A DNA stretch of 62,769 bases from Opitutaceae bacterium (GCA_009886465.1 QXZH01000044.1:8316-71084); one strand, 5' to 3'; counted from the first letter of the stretch, positions 1 through 9,682 are shown. Program-made: numbers and translations. The notes: a model not told the origin generated them from the sequence alone.

Positions 1-137
1 TCTTAACGGCCTCGTTCTCTTTGTGGCGTGTGAGCTTTGATCTAGCTCCGCCAGTTAATAGCTCGCACTTTCATTCAGCAATTGAGCTTTGTTAGTCCGC
101 TAGCAATTCAGCTTCCGGTCTCAGCCCTACTTGCTAT

Positions 138-623
138 TTATATTGTATATTCGTTTTTTAAATACGTAACCAGCGAAGGAATGGCCTCGGCCATCGAATC
201 GAAACAAGCTGCGTAGGCTGTGTAGTTTTGCCCGTAAGGGTCGGGAATCTCGGGGGGTTCACCTTTGCCCATAAATTCACGAAAGAGATGCACACGCTCG
301 GGTAGGCCTGTGTGGTAATGGTTCAAGATATCTATGTGGGACTGCGTCATTCCTAGAATAAGGAAAGCGCGGTCAATCAAGTCTTGAGTCACGGGTTGGC
401 TTTTGTGCCGATCAAGGTCGATTTTTACCTTTTTAAGCGCTGCAACTGAGTTGGCTGAGGCCGGGTCTCCATAGCCTGCAGCAACACCTGCGGAGACGAT
501 CTCGATCTGGTTGAGCGGTGCGTCCTGTCCTGCCAGCGCATGTTGCAGTAATTTCTCTGCCATTGGGCTACGGCATACATTGCCCGTACAAATAGTCAGA
601 ATTAGATTACGTTCGGAGGCCAT
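138..623 (-). CDS. Low-molecular-weight protein tyrosine/arginine phosphatase
   Basis: P-loop CTGNVCRS and general-acid motif IPDPYG. Confidence 0.92.
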   Translation of the reverse strand: MASERNLILTICTGNVCRSPMAEKLLQHALAGQDAPLNQIEIVSAGVAAGYGDPASANSVAALKKVKIDLDRHKSQPVTQDLIDRAFLILGMTQSHIDILNHYHTGLPERVHLFREFMGKGEPPEIPDPYGQNYTAYAACFDSMAEAIPSLVTYLKNEYTI

Positions 624-732
624 GATCTATAGGTAGACTGTAGGGTTAGGACTATTTGTAAAGGCATGAGGGCCGCTTGCCTGCACGTCCGCCATGATAT
701 TTGGGTGGAGAGACGAGGACCTATTTCTTCGC

Positions 733-2019
733 TCACCGATTTAATTCCCGATGCCCTATATCGCGGCGTAAAATTTTATCTTCAAAATCGACTTGATCGC
801 AGACTTTGTAGGCAAGGTCGGCTGCAGCTTCTAGAGTTGGCGCTTGGCCGCTTACGCCGAGTACGCGGCCTCCAGCAGTGCGGATGGTGCCGTCAGGATC
901 GCGAGTCGTGCCCGCATGGACGACAGCGGTGCTCGTAGGGAGTGCATCCGGGAAAGTGATTGGATTCCCTTTGGCGTAGCTCCCCGGGTAGCCGCCTGCG
1001 GCAAGCACGACGACGATGGCCGCACCTTTGTGGAATTGAAGCTTCGCGGGGAGCGATTCGCCCTTAGCGGAAGCTAGGAGTACGGGCACAAGGTCGTCAG
1101 CCACCATCGGGAGGAGCACTTGAGTCTCGGGGTCACCGAAACGAACGTTATATTCGAGCACTTTGACGCCCTGATCCGTCAGCATGAGTCCCGCATAGAG
1201 TGTGCCGCGGTAGTCGATGCCGTCAGCTTTGAGGCCCGCGAGAGTGGGTTTGATCACTTTTTCTTCGATCTCGGCCTGCATAGCGTGTGTGACCCGACTA
1301 GTCGGGGTGTAGGCCCCCATACCACCTGTGTTGAGGCCGGTGTCGCCTTCGCCCGCTCTTTTGTGGTCTTGGCTGGGAGGCAGGCAGACGAAATCTTCGC
1401 CCGAGGCGATCACGTGAATGGAGGCCTCTTCGCCGTAGAGGGTCTCTTCGATTACGATCTCCTTGCCGCTGCTGCCAAAGGCATCGCCTTCGAGCATATC
1501 TTTGACTGCTGCGATAGCTTCACTCTGCGTTTCGGCCATAATGACACCCTTACCGGCGGCGAGGCCGCTAGCTTTGATGACGATGGGAGCAGGATGCTCC
1601 TCAAGGTAGGCGAGGGCGGGTGCGATTTCGGTAAAATTACCGTAGGCCGCGGTCGGGATGTTGTGTTTGGCAAAAAAGTCTTTGCAGAAAGCCTTGCTCG
1701 ATTCGAGCTTTGCTCCAGCGGCGTTGGGACCGTAGGCGGGGATACCGACGGCGGCCAGCGCGTCGACGAGACCAAGGCTAAGCGGCACTTCCGGGCCGAC
1801 AACGACGAGTCCGATGCCCTGCGCTTGGGCAAGAGCAACCATCCCCTCGATTTCTTCGACTGAGACGTCAAAGCATTCGGCCTCTGAAGCCATGCCGCCA
1901 TTACCTGGAGCGGCGATCACTTTGCCCGTAAGCGGGCTTTGAAGGCATTCTTGGACAAGGGCATGTTCGCGCCCACCAGAGCCGACCACGAGTACATTGA
2001 GTAGAGAGGAGTCTGACAT
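733..2019 (-). CDS. purD: Phosphoribosylamine-glycine ligase
   Basis: VGSGGREHAL, KASGLAAGKGV, QDHKR...GLNTGGMG, EYNVRFGDPETQ. Confidence 0.98.
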   Translation of the reverse strand: MSDSSLLNVLVVGSGGREHALVQECLQSPLTGKVIAAPGNGGMASEAECFDVSVEEIEGMVALAQAQGIGLVVVGPEVPLSLGLVDALAAVGIPAYGPNAAGAKLESSKAFCKDFFAKHNIPTAAYGNFTEIAPALAYLEEHPAPIVIKASGLAAGKGVIMAETQSEAIAAVKDMLEGDAFGSSGKEIVIEETLYGEEASIHVIASGEDFVCLPPSQDHKRAGEGDTGLNTGGMGAYTPTSRVTHAMQAEIEEKVIKPTLAGLKADGIDYRGTLYAGLMLTDQGVKVLEYNVRFGDPETQVLLPMVADDLVPVLLASAKGESLPAKLQFHKGAAIVVVLAAGGYPGSYAKGNPITFPDALPTSTAVVHAGTTRDPDGTIRTAGGRVLGVSGQAPTLEAAADLAYKVCDQVDFEDKILRRDIGHRELNR

Positions 2020-2124
2020 ATTTGCTGTACGTTTCCAGAATCACTCGCACAGGTAAAGTTTGTTTTCGAGAAAGAGGGTTGAACTTTTTCCGTAGCCCGT
2101 GATTTTAGCGCGTTTCTGCCATTC

Positions 2125-3933
2125 ATGACTGATCTCAAACATACTCGCAATTTCTGCATCATCGCCCACGTCGATCACGGAAAGACAACTTTGTCTGACC
2201 GTATCCTCGAGATGACGCGCACCGTAGAAATGCGTGATATGAAAGCCCAGCTTCTTGACTCTATGGACCTAGAGCGCGAGCGAGGGATCACGATTAAAAG
2301 CCACCCCGTGTCGATGGTCTACAAGGCTAAGGACGGGAATGACTATGCGTTCAACTTGATCGATACCCCGGGGCACGTAGACTTTTCTTACGAAGTTTCC
2401 CGTAGTTTGGCTGCATGTGAGGGCGCTATGCTGCTGATCGATGCCGCTCAAGGCATCGAAGCGCAGACCGTGGCTAATGCACATCTTGCGCTGGAGCAGG
2501 GACTGGAAATTATTCCCGTGATCAACAAGGTCGACCTGCCCAGTGCTGACGTGCCTGCCATTATGCTGCAGTTGGAGGATGTGCTAGCGATCCCCGCTGA
2601 CGAGGCTGTGATGACTAGTGGTAAAACGGGCATCGGGATTGAAGACCTACTTGAAGCAGCTGTCACCCGTGTGCCCAAGCCTCGATGGGCGGAAGTCGAT
2701 GGACTGCGTATGTTGATTTTCGATTGCATTTACGATGCCTATAAGGGCGTGATTTGTTATGTCCGTGTCTTTTCTGGTGAGGTTAAGACGAACGACCCCA
2801 TCATTACCATGAGTGACGAGCGTAAGATGCTAGTTAAAGAAGTGGGTAAGTTCTCGCCCGCCATGACAAAGCAGCAGACACTCAAAGCGGGCGATGTTGG
2901 CTACGTCGTGACGAATCTACGCGATGTAGCCGACCTTAAGCTTGGTGATACGATCACCCATAGCGCTAATCCTGCTAAGGAAATGCTACCCGGTTACAAA
3001 GAGGTGAGCCCCATGGTTTTTAGTGGTATTTACCCCATCGATACGAGCGACTACAACAAACTCAAGGCGGGCATGGGTAAACTTCGTCTCAACGACGCTG
3101 CCTTCGTTTACCAATCGGAAAACTCTGTCGCTCTTGGCTTCGGCTTTCGTTGTGGTTTCCTAGGTCTGCTTCACATGGAGATCATCCAAGAGCGTATTCG
3201 CCGCGAATATGATCTCGATGTGATTTCCACTTATCCAAGTGTAGTTTATCATGTCACTAAGACAGACGGCGAGCAGATTGAAGTGCACAACCCTGTCCAC
3301 CTGCCTGATCCCGCTGAGATCGAGTTCATCGAAGAGCCCATGATCAACGCATCGATTCATATACCGTCGGATTCGATTGGTGATGTGCTGGCATTGGTCT
3401 CTGAGAAGCGCGGTATCTGTGAGCACACTGAAACGATCGATGGCGAACGCGTCATGCTCGTCTGCCGTTTGCCGCTCAACGAAATTTTGGTCGATTTTAA
3501 TGACCGGCTCAAAAGCATCACCCACGGCTACGGCTCGATGGACTATGAGATGGCCGGTTACGAAAAGGCTAAGCTCTGCCGCCTCGACATTCGTGTGAAT
3601 CAAGAGGCCGTCGATGCCTTCTCTTCCATCGTTCACTCAGACAAAGCCGAAGGCCGCGGACGCGCGCTCTGCAAACGCCTAAAAGAGATCTTGCCCAAGC
3701 AGATGTTCAAGATCGCGATCCAAGCCGGCGTCGGTAGCAACATCGTTGCCCGCGAAACAATCAGCGCTTATCGCAAAGATGTGACCGCCAAGTGTTACGG
3801 CGGCGATATTTCCCGTAAGCGCAAACTTCTTGAGAAACAAAAAGAGGGTAAGAAACGCATGAAAAATATCGGTAGCGTCTCCATTCCGCAGGACGCGTTT
3901 ATTAAGATTTTGAAGACCTCAGACGGTGGCTAA
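2125..3933 (+). CDS. lepA: Elongation factor 4
   Basis: AHVDHGKTT, ERERGITIK, DTPGHVDF, GFRCGFLGLLH, KCYGGDISRKRKLL. Confidence 0.99.
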   Translation: MTDLKHTRNFCIIAHVDHGKTTLSDRILEMTRTVEMRDMKAQLLDSMDLERERGITIKSHPVSMVYKAKDGNDYAFNLIDTPGHVDFSYEVSRSLAACEGAMLLIDAAQGIEAQTVANAHLALEQGLEIIPVINKVDLPSADVPAIMLQLEDVLAIPADEAVMTSGKTGIGIEDLLEAAVTRVPKPRWAEVDGLRMLIFDCIYDAYKGVICYVRVFSGEVKTNDPIITMSDERKMLVKEVGKFSPAMTKQQTLKAGDVGYVVTNLRDVADLKLGDTITHSANPAKEMLPGYKEVSPMVFSGIYPIDTSDYNKLKAGMGKLRLNDAAFVYQSENSVALGFGFRCGFLGLLHMEIIQERIRREYDLDVISTYPSVVYHVTKTDGEQIEVHNPVHLPDPAEIEFIEEPMINASIHIPSDSIGDVLALVSEKRGICEHTETIDGERVMLVCRLPLNEILVDFNDRLKSITHGYGSMDYEMAGYEKAKLCRLDIRVNQEAVDAFSSIVHSDKAEGRGRALCKRLKEILPKQMFKIAIQAGVGSNIVARETISAYRKDVTAKCYGGDISRKRKLLEKQKEGKKRMKNIGSVSIPQDAFIKILKTSDGG

Positions 3934-3964
3934 CAGTTGAGATCAAGGATCAGGCACAGCCTTA

Positions 3965-4957
3965 TTAAATACTTGGCTTTAAAATCAATACGCCGTCGTG
4001 GGCTTCAGCGATTTCACGCATGATGTTGGCGTAGCGGGTGTTGCCTTGGGTGGCGCCGATCTGGAAAGGGTTGATCAGGGTGGGGAAGCCGATGGCACTG
4101 ATCGAGACAGGACGCTTACCGGTGCTAGTATTGCGTGGATTCATGCGGTCGAGTTGGATGAGTAGGCTCTGGGTAGATCCGCGGAAGTCGTCGCCAACGA
4201 CGTAGATACTCATGTAATCCTCTGCCTTGAGGCCTGGTTTCAAGTCCCGGATGGCACGGCGGAGGCCGCGTTCGGGATCGCTGACGCTGGCAATGGGATA
4301 GGCGAGAATCTGTTGAAGTGCTTGTTGGCGAAGGCCGATGGTGTCTGGCAGCCAAAAGCCGCGGCGACTACTCAGTATGTAGTTGCCGCTGGTGTCGAGA
4401 AACTGGATGCTGCGCACTTCGGGAAGGCTCTCAAGTAGCTCGCGGATTTGTTCGACCACGCCATAGTGGAGCTGACCTGTCATCTGGTTACGCATGCTGC
4501 CTGAGGTGTCGACAACGAAGGCCACGTGGGTGGCCTCAGCCGGGAGACCAATGGGAGGGAGGTCTTCATGTTTAAAGCTCTGCAGCAGGCGATTGGCCGA
4601 GGCGGCGGCTTGCTCGGTGGTGCTGAGCGAGGCCTCGAGGCTCTCGAATTCCTGTTGAAGGTAGACAAGCTTGGACTCCAATTCTTGAATGAGAGAGAGA
4701 ATACGCTCTCGCTCGGTGCTGGTTTGCTCGCTGTTGATGCCGGCTTCGAGTAGAGCGGTCTGATCGGCCACATCGGCTTCGAGTATGGCAAGCTGCGCTT
4801 GCATGGCTCTGAGTGTTGGCACGTCGACCTCGCTCTCAACCCCATGCGGCCCTGAACCGATGGATAAGATGAAGAGCAGCAAAATCGCCCCGAAGCCACA
4901 GCAGAGGCAGTCGAGAAATGAGAGGCTGAAGACCTCGATGGGGCGGCGTTTAATCAT
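3965..4957 (-). CDS. Membrane-anchored vWA-domain protein with ExbD/TolR-like N-terminal TM helix
   Basis: N-terminal SFLDCLCCGFGAILLLF helix, coiled coil, MIDAS VVDTSGSM and VGDD. Confidence 0.8.
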   Translation of the reverse strand: MIKRRPIEVFSLSFLDCLCCGFGAILLLFILSIGSGPHGVESEVDVPTLRAMQAQLAILEADVADQTALLEAGINSEQTSTERERILSLIQELESKLVYLQQEFESLEASLSTTEQAAASANRLLQSFKHEDLPPIGLPAEATHVAFVVDTSGSMRNQMTGQLHYGVVEQIRELLESLPEVRSIQFLDTSGNYILSSRRGFWLPDTIGLRQQALQQILAYPIASVSDPERGLRRAIRDLKPGLKAEDYMSIYVVGDDFRGSTQSLLIQLDRMNPRNTSTGKRPVSISAIGFPTLINPFQIGATQGNTRYANIMREIAEAHDGVLILKPSI

Positions 4958-5017
4958 TGATTCAGTTGTTTAGTTTCCAACTTCATAGTTCTTCGAATTT
5001 CAGCATGTGAGATTTTT

Positions 5018-6031
5018 CTAGAGGCTTGGCCAATCGTTGTCGGGGATGAGGGTGATGCCGTTGGTGCGACCACTTAGTTGCCAGAAGAGTCCGGCGGCGG
5101 AAGGGTCCCCGCGAAAGGGGAAGAGGATGGCATTGAAGGGGTAGTTGGAGCGACTAGCCATGGCGCGGTTGAAGAGCTTAACGCGGTCGGCTTCAGTCAG
5201 GTTGCCGCTACGGGGCGCAGGCGCGGTGGGCAGCCCGTCTCCGATCAAGAGTAAACTGCTTGGGCGTTGGCGCATTTGGGTGACGGCTTGAATGCCTTTC
5301 GATAGGTCAGCACCACCGCTGGCTTCTAGTTGGTCGAGACGGTCGAGGAAGGAGAGCAGAGCCTTGTTGTCGTAGGGGTCGATGTAGGGATTCTTTGGGC
5401 TGCCGGAGAGTGCTTGGGTCTCTTCAGCCATGGCGAAGATGGCGACCTGAGTACCTTTGGGGATCGCAGCAAGAACAGCACGGACGGCGGCTTTACTGCG
5501 TAGCCATTTCTTGGATTTGGCTCCGGTGCCTTGTTGGATGATTTGAATGGCGGTCTTGGCATCTTCGGCCAGCATACTGCCGGAGCTTTCGAGTAAAATG
5601 ACGGCGCGTGGTGCGCGCAGTCGTAGGCCCGAGAGATAACTGTTGTCGGCGGAGGGGCGGTCGAGGGCGGCTAGTTGTTCGGTGGGCTCAGCCTTAGTTT
5701 TAAGTGCAGTCAGGACTTTGGTCTGATCTTCGACTTCTTTGGCTAAGCGCTCTTGTTCGACGGCGAGTGCGGCCACGCTGGTAGCCTTGACATCGGGCTG
5801 GGGGTCGAGGGCTTCAATTTCTTTTTTAAGCGCTAACTTTTTAGCCTTGGCCTCGTGGATGGCGGCTTCGAGGGTCTCGGCAGCATTGACGGATTGCGTG
5901 GCCTTTTCTTGACTGTCGGTAATCTGTGCCTTGGCCGTTAGAATGAAAAGCAGAAGCACCGCCCCAAAACCGCAGCAGATACAATCCATAAATGAGAGCG
6001 CTGAACTCTGGGCTTCGCGGCGTTTGGGCAT
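5018..6031 (-). CDS. Membrane-anchored vWA-domain protein, paralog of the neighbouring gene
   Basis: N-terminal SFMDCICCGFGAVLLLF helix, coiled coil, variant MIDAS LLESSGSM and IGDGLP. Confidence 0.8.
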   Translation of the reverse strand: MPKRREAQSSALSFMDCICCGFGAVLLLFILTAKAQITDSQEKATQSVNAAETLEAAIHEAKAKKLALKKEIEALDPQPDVKATSVAALAVEQERLAKEVEDQTKVLTALKTKAEPTEQLAALDRPSADNSYLSGLRLRAPRAVILLESSGSMLAEDAKTAIQIIQQGTGAKSKKWLRSKAAVRAVLAAIPKGTQVAIFAMAEETQALSGSPKNPYIDPYDNKALLSFLDRLDQLEASGGADLSKGIQAVTQMRQRPSSLLLIGDGLPTAPAPRSGNLTEADRVKLFNRAMASRSNYPFNAILFPFRGDPSAAGLFWQLSGRTNGITLIPDNDWPSL

Positions 6032-6085
6032 CGGTGCTAGTTGAGTGATTGAGTGGCCCTTAGAGCCGGCAAGCTTTGGGCGAGC

Positions 6086-6991
6086 TTAAACGCTACTTTC
6101 AGCTTCTGGCGCATCTGAATCCTTCACTACGCTATGTGAATCCTTGTGGTCGAAGAGCTTGTCGATGAGCTGCTCGCGACAAAAGGTTTGCAGGCGTAGG
6201 ATAAGACCTTCTTGGCCGCCTTGAAGGAGGTGGATGAGTAGCATGAGGAGGATACTAATAAAGAGGGCGACTAGGGTGGAGTTGAAAGCGACGCCAAGCG
6301 CACTCGTCACTCCAGAAATATCACCTTGGAGGGCTTGGTCGGCGCGTTGTAGCGCGACGCCGATACCACGGACGGTACCGATGAAACCGATGGAGGGGAT
6401 CGCCCAGACAAGGTAGCGGAGCATTGAGAGCTCACTCTCTTGTTGCTCGGAGGCGACTTCGAGGCGCCCCATGATAGTTTCAGTGGCTTCGGGTATGCTA
6501 CCTGTAATATGGTAGCGCTCAAGCCCGCGTGCCATGACGTAGGGCAGAATTTTATTACGCAGATCGGGCAGTTCGCTCTTGCTGTCAATTACAGTCGAAA
6601 GCTGACCGGCCCGCTGGCGCGAGATGCTACGGCTTTCGCCGAGTAGCTCGACTTCGGGCTTGGCGTCAATGCCTTCGCTCTCTGGAGCGAAACGGCCAAG
6701 GGCCTTGGCCTCGTTTTTGAGCAGGATGAATTTATAAATAAGGATCATGACACCCCAGAGAAAGAGCGAGAGGCACATCTGCTGCTCATAATCTTTGAGG
6801 ATAACAAAGAAGCTGGAAAAGGACGAGCCCACATCGACGCCAAAGCTGTTGGCCAGATCGGCTTTGTTCGCTCCCGGCCGGATGAGGATGCCATAGATCG
6901 CACCGACAAAGATGAAGGAAGCGATAAGACCAAGGGTGAAAATGAGGCCTTTGACTGAGAGGAGGCCGCGTTCAGGATTTCGTAAACTCAT
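6086..6991 (-). CDS. MotA/TolQ/ExbB proton-channel family protein
   Basis: WAIPSIGFIGTVRGI and GVAFNSTLVAL helices, plus N-terminal TM helices. Confidence 0.9.
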   Translation of the reverse strand: MSLRNPERGLLSVKGLIFTLGLIASFIFVGAIYGILIRPGANKADLANSFGVDVGSSFSSFFVILKDYEQQMCLSLFLWGVMILIYKFILLKNEAKALGRFAPESEGIDAKPEVELLGESRSISRQRAGQLSTVIDSKSELPDLRNKILPYVMARGLERYHITGSIPEATETIMGRLEVASEQQESELSMLRYLVWAIPSIGFIGTVRGIGVALQRADQALQGDISGVTSALGVAFNSTLVALFISILLMLLIHLLQGGQEGLILRLQTFCREQLIDKLFDHKDSHSVVKDSDAPEAESSV

Positions 6992-7075
6992 AATTAGCTC
7001 GGAAATTTAATTGGAAGGTAAAAACACATTATTCTGTGCATTGCAATTTCTGCAAGAGCCCTTATCTATAGAATA

Positions 7076-7618
7076 ATGATTAAATTTACTCTCTCTCTTT
7101 TACTCGTTAATACACTCATTTTTTCGACGGGTTGTCAGAACAATCCTAATAGCGGACGCGACATCGGCATCGTGGTCGGTGCTATTCTCGGAGGGGTCGC
7201 TGGAGCGCAAATGGGTGATGGCAGTGATTTAAATATTCTCGCAGGTGCTGCCGTCGGTGGGGCACTGGGCGGGATAGGCGGTAACGAACTGGACAAGCGT
7301 AAGGAAGCCCTCGAAGCAGCTGAGGCTCAGCGCCAATACGAATATGAGCAAGAAGTGCAGGCTCAGGAGTCATTGGAAGCCGATATCAAAACTCTAGAAG
7401 AAAAACGCATTCGCGACGAGATTGCCCGCAAGGCGACTACCGAGGATGTGAGCGCTGCCGAGCAAGAAGCCGCTCGGGTTGAGGCGCAACTCGCTGCCAA
7501 AAAGAAATCTTACGAAGAATCTCAGGCCCGCGCCCGCCGAATTCAAGAAGCTCAAGAGCGGATTGCCAAGGCGCAGCAGGAACTCGCTGAATTGGAGCGC
7601 CAAGAAAACGGGGGCTAA
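7076..7618 (+). CDS. Glycine-zipper lipoprotein with long charged alpha-helical tail
   Basis: Lipobox STGC, GxxxG repeats (GAILGGVAG; GAAVGGALGGIGG), E/A/Q/R/K-rich C-terminal half. Confidence 0.8.
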   Translation: MIKFTLSLLLVNTLIFSTGCQNNPNSGRDIGIVVGAILGGVAGAQMGDGSDLNILAGAAVGGALGGIGGNELDKRKEALEAAEAQRQYEYEQEVQAQESLEADIKTLEEKRIRDEIARKATTEDVSAAEQEAARVEAQLAAKKKSYEESQARARRIQEAQERIAKAQQELAELERQENGG

Positions 7619-7699
7619 TAATTCGACCTCGGGGGCTACACTTTAGGGATCCTTTTATCTGGGCACCTGTAGCGGTGGTCGTCGCAAGTGGCGCTCCGA

Positions 7700-9535
7700 C
7701 TACCAACTTATAGTCACGCCTGTAGAATATTGATCACCACGCCCCGGTGTGCCGGGGACATCTTCGAAGTCGTCGTCCCAAGCATTGTCGATGGCGAAGA
7801 AGATTTCTAAGCCTTCTACCTGTGTCGGATAGATGCTCAGGCCGAAGTGAGTGAAGAGGGCGAAGTCACTGCTGTTGCGTAGAGCGTTGTCTTCGTTTTC
7901 GCGCCATTCGTTATCGATCCGGACTTCGAGGATTTCGCAGGGACGCCAGATTGCGCCCAAGGTGAAGCGGTGGTTTGCGTAGTTGAGCGCGTAGAAGCTC
8001 GCCTCGATAGTGTCATTTCCATAGTCTTCATCTTTATCCAGAAAGGTGTAACTAGCGATGGTTTCGATGTCATCCCAGCGCTTGGAGGCGATGAGTTCGA
8101 AGCCGAAAGTTTCGATATCGACTGGATTAGCCTCACGTGCGCTCGTTCCTGCGAATGTCCAGTCGACAAGATTATCATCCCAGCGGTAAAAGGCGGCAGC
8201 TTCAATGCTCCAGTCTTGGCGCATTACCTTAGTTCCTATTTCTACGTTTTGAGTTTTTTCTCGGCCCAAATCGTGATTGCTGCGAAAGAGACCCGCTGTC
8301 TCACTGCCGCCAATGGCTGTGTAACCTGGCACTTGGCTTGTTTGCCCATAGGAGAAGTAGATGCTTTTCGCGTCGCCGTCCGCTTGCTCCGTTAGCCAAG
8401 TTAGATCAAATATAGGAGATAACACTGAGCTATCGCGATTTGTATCGTCGAATGATGCACCGAATCGAAATATTAAGCTATGGATCTTATCGCAGACAAT
8501 GCTGTATTCAGGTAGCAAAGTGACCTTGGTGTAGCTCCGGGTGGTAAATGGACCTTTTTCTAAACTGCTTGAACCAATGCTGTCAGCAGTCGACTGAAGT
8601 GTATAATTAAGCGCAATTTCTTTACTATACAAATGGCGACCGCTCAGTGCGATAGAGCGGACTTTAGTTTCATGAGTCAGCGAGATACCACCAAATGCAT
8701 CTAGGAAGTAGTCGTCACTATGCCTGCGGTGGAATGCGGTTATTTCCCAGGTGCTATTTTCTCCGTAGGATTGTTGGTGGTTTAAGATAAATAAGCGCGT
8801 TTTTAGATTTTCAGTTTCATTACCGTAAGGCGTATACATGTTTGGCCAGCCAAAGAACTTGGCTTGGTAACCTGCGAAGAAATCCGTCTGCGAGTTCGGA
8901 CCCACGAGCTGCACACGGCCTGAGGTACGGTCGAAGTCGTGGTCGCCGAACTGGATGGTGCCATCGCTTTCGGAGCGAGAGATTTCAGCTTCGACGCCCC
9001 AGTTCCATTCTTCGCTTTCACCGAGTTGCCCAGTCAAGCCGTGATGGATGCGTTGGAAATTTAAACCGTGGTCGCCGCCCCCTGCGGTGAGACTGCCGGC
9101 ATCAGCGATCTGACTCCAGTCGTAACTGATGGTGCCAACCGTGCTGTTAAAACCGTAGAGTGCATTATCGGCACCTATAAGGATATTCGGGCGCGTGAGC
9201 ATCTCCGGTGCGATCGGTAGCTCTGCGGAGTAGTGCCCTGTTTGTGGATCGATCAGCGTAGCGCTACCGACACGAAAACCAGTGTTCTCGAAGATGCCGC
9301 CTCGGATGGTTATATCACCCTGAGCCTCCGCCATATTGCGCGACTGCAGATCAATACGTGGCTCGAACTCGAGGTTGGAAACCGGGGATTCGTAGGTGGT
9401 GACAGGTCGGATATTAGCCGTCTGTTGCGCGTCCACGTAGAGCGTCGGCAGGGTTTGGATGCTCTCTGCTTGTGCGAGCATTGGCAGAGAGGCGAGTGCC
9501 GATATAGTCAGTGTGTAGGTCTTTCCATAGATCAT
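7700..9535 (-). CDS. TonB-dependent outer-membrane receptor
   Basis: Signal peptide ending AQA, TonB-box-like PTLYVDA, plug-like ITIRGG, beta-barrel ending STGVTISW; ATG at 9535 preferred over 9571. Confidence 0.85.
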   Translation of the reverse strand: MIYGKTYTLTISALASLPMLAQAESIQTLPTLYVDAQQTANIRPVTTYESPVSNLEFEPRIDLQSRNMAEAQGDITIRGGIFENTGFRVGSATLIDPQTGHYSAELPIAPEMLTRPNILIGADNALYGFNSTVGTISYDWSQIADAGSLTAGGGDHGLNFQRIHHGLTGQLGESEEWNWGVEAEISRSESDGTIQFGDHDFDRTSGRVQLVGPNSQTDFFAGYQAKFFGWPNMYTPYGNETENLKTRLFILNHQQSYGENSTWEITAFHRRHSDDYFLDAFGGISLTHETKVRSIALSGRHLYSKEIALNYTLQSTADSIGSSSLEKGPFTTRSYTKVTLLPEYSIVCDKIHSLIFRFGASFDDTNRDSSVLSPIFDLTWLTEQADGDAKSIYFSYGQTSQVPGYTAIGGSETAGLFRSNHDLGREKTQNVEIGTKVMRQDWSIEAAAFYRWDDNLVDWTFAGTSAREANPVDIETFGFELIASKRWDDIETIASYTFLDKDEDYGNDTIEASFYALNYANHRFTLGAIWRPCEILEVRIDNEWRENEDNALRNSSDFALFTHFGLSIYPTQVEGLEIFFAIDNAWDDDFEDVPGTPGRGDQYSTGVTISW

Positions 9536-9682
9536 CTCTAGAGCTAAAGACAATATACCTCTCGAGATCAAATATTAATATAAAAAAATAAATACTTAAC
9601 AATTGAGTGAATTTTATTATTGGCTATGTCATCAATTCTGCACAAGCACATGCACATGCACATACCCAACTAAAAATTTACT

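Noticed and set aside
1-137. Possible ZTP (pfl) riboswitch on the minus strand (actggcgga near purD)
   Set aside because: Lacks the GGGGAGC and GCCG..CGCCUGGGC elements and lies downstream of purD
138-623. LMW phosphatase as the cognate Wzb of the Wzc kinase
   Set aside because: It is 21 kb away and follows purD; nothing in the sequence links them
1120-1863. 247-aa antisense ORF and many similar shadow ORFs in the track
   Set aside because: They lie opposite or within well-supported genes, have no motifs, and are expected from codon bias
3965-6991. Zorya defence system or flagellar stator
   Set aside because: No long ZorA tail, no OmpA-like peptidoglycan-binding domain, and no helicase, nuclease or flagellar genes adjacent
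9639-9664. cacatg hexamer repeats upstream of the small membrane gene
   Set aside because: Only three to four short units; not distinguishable from chance
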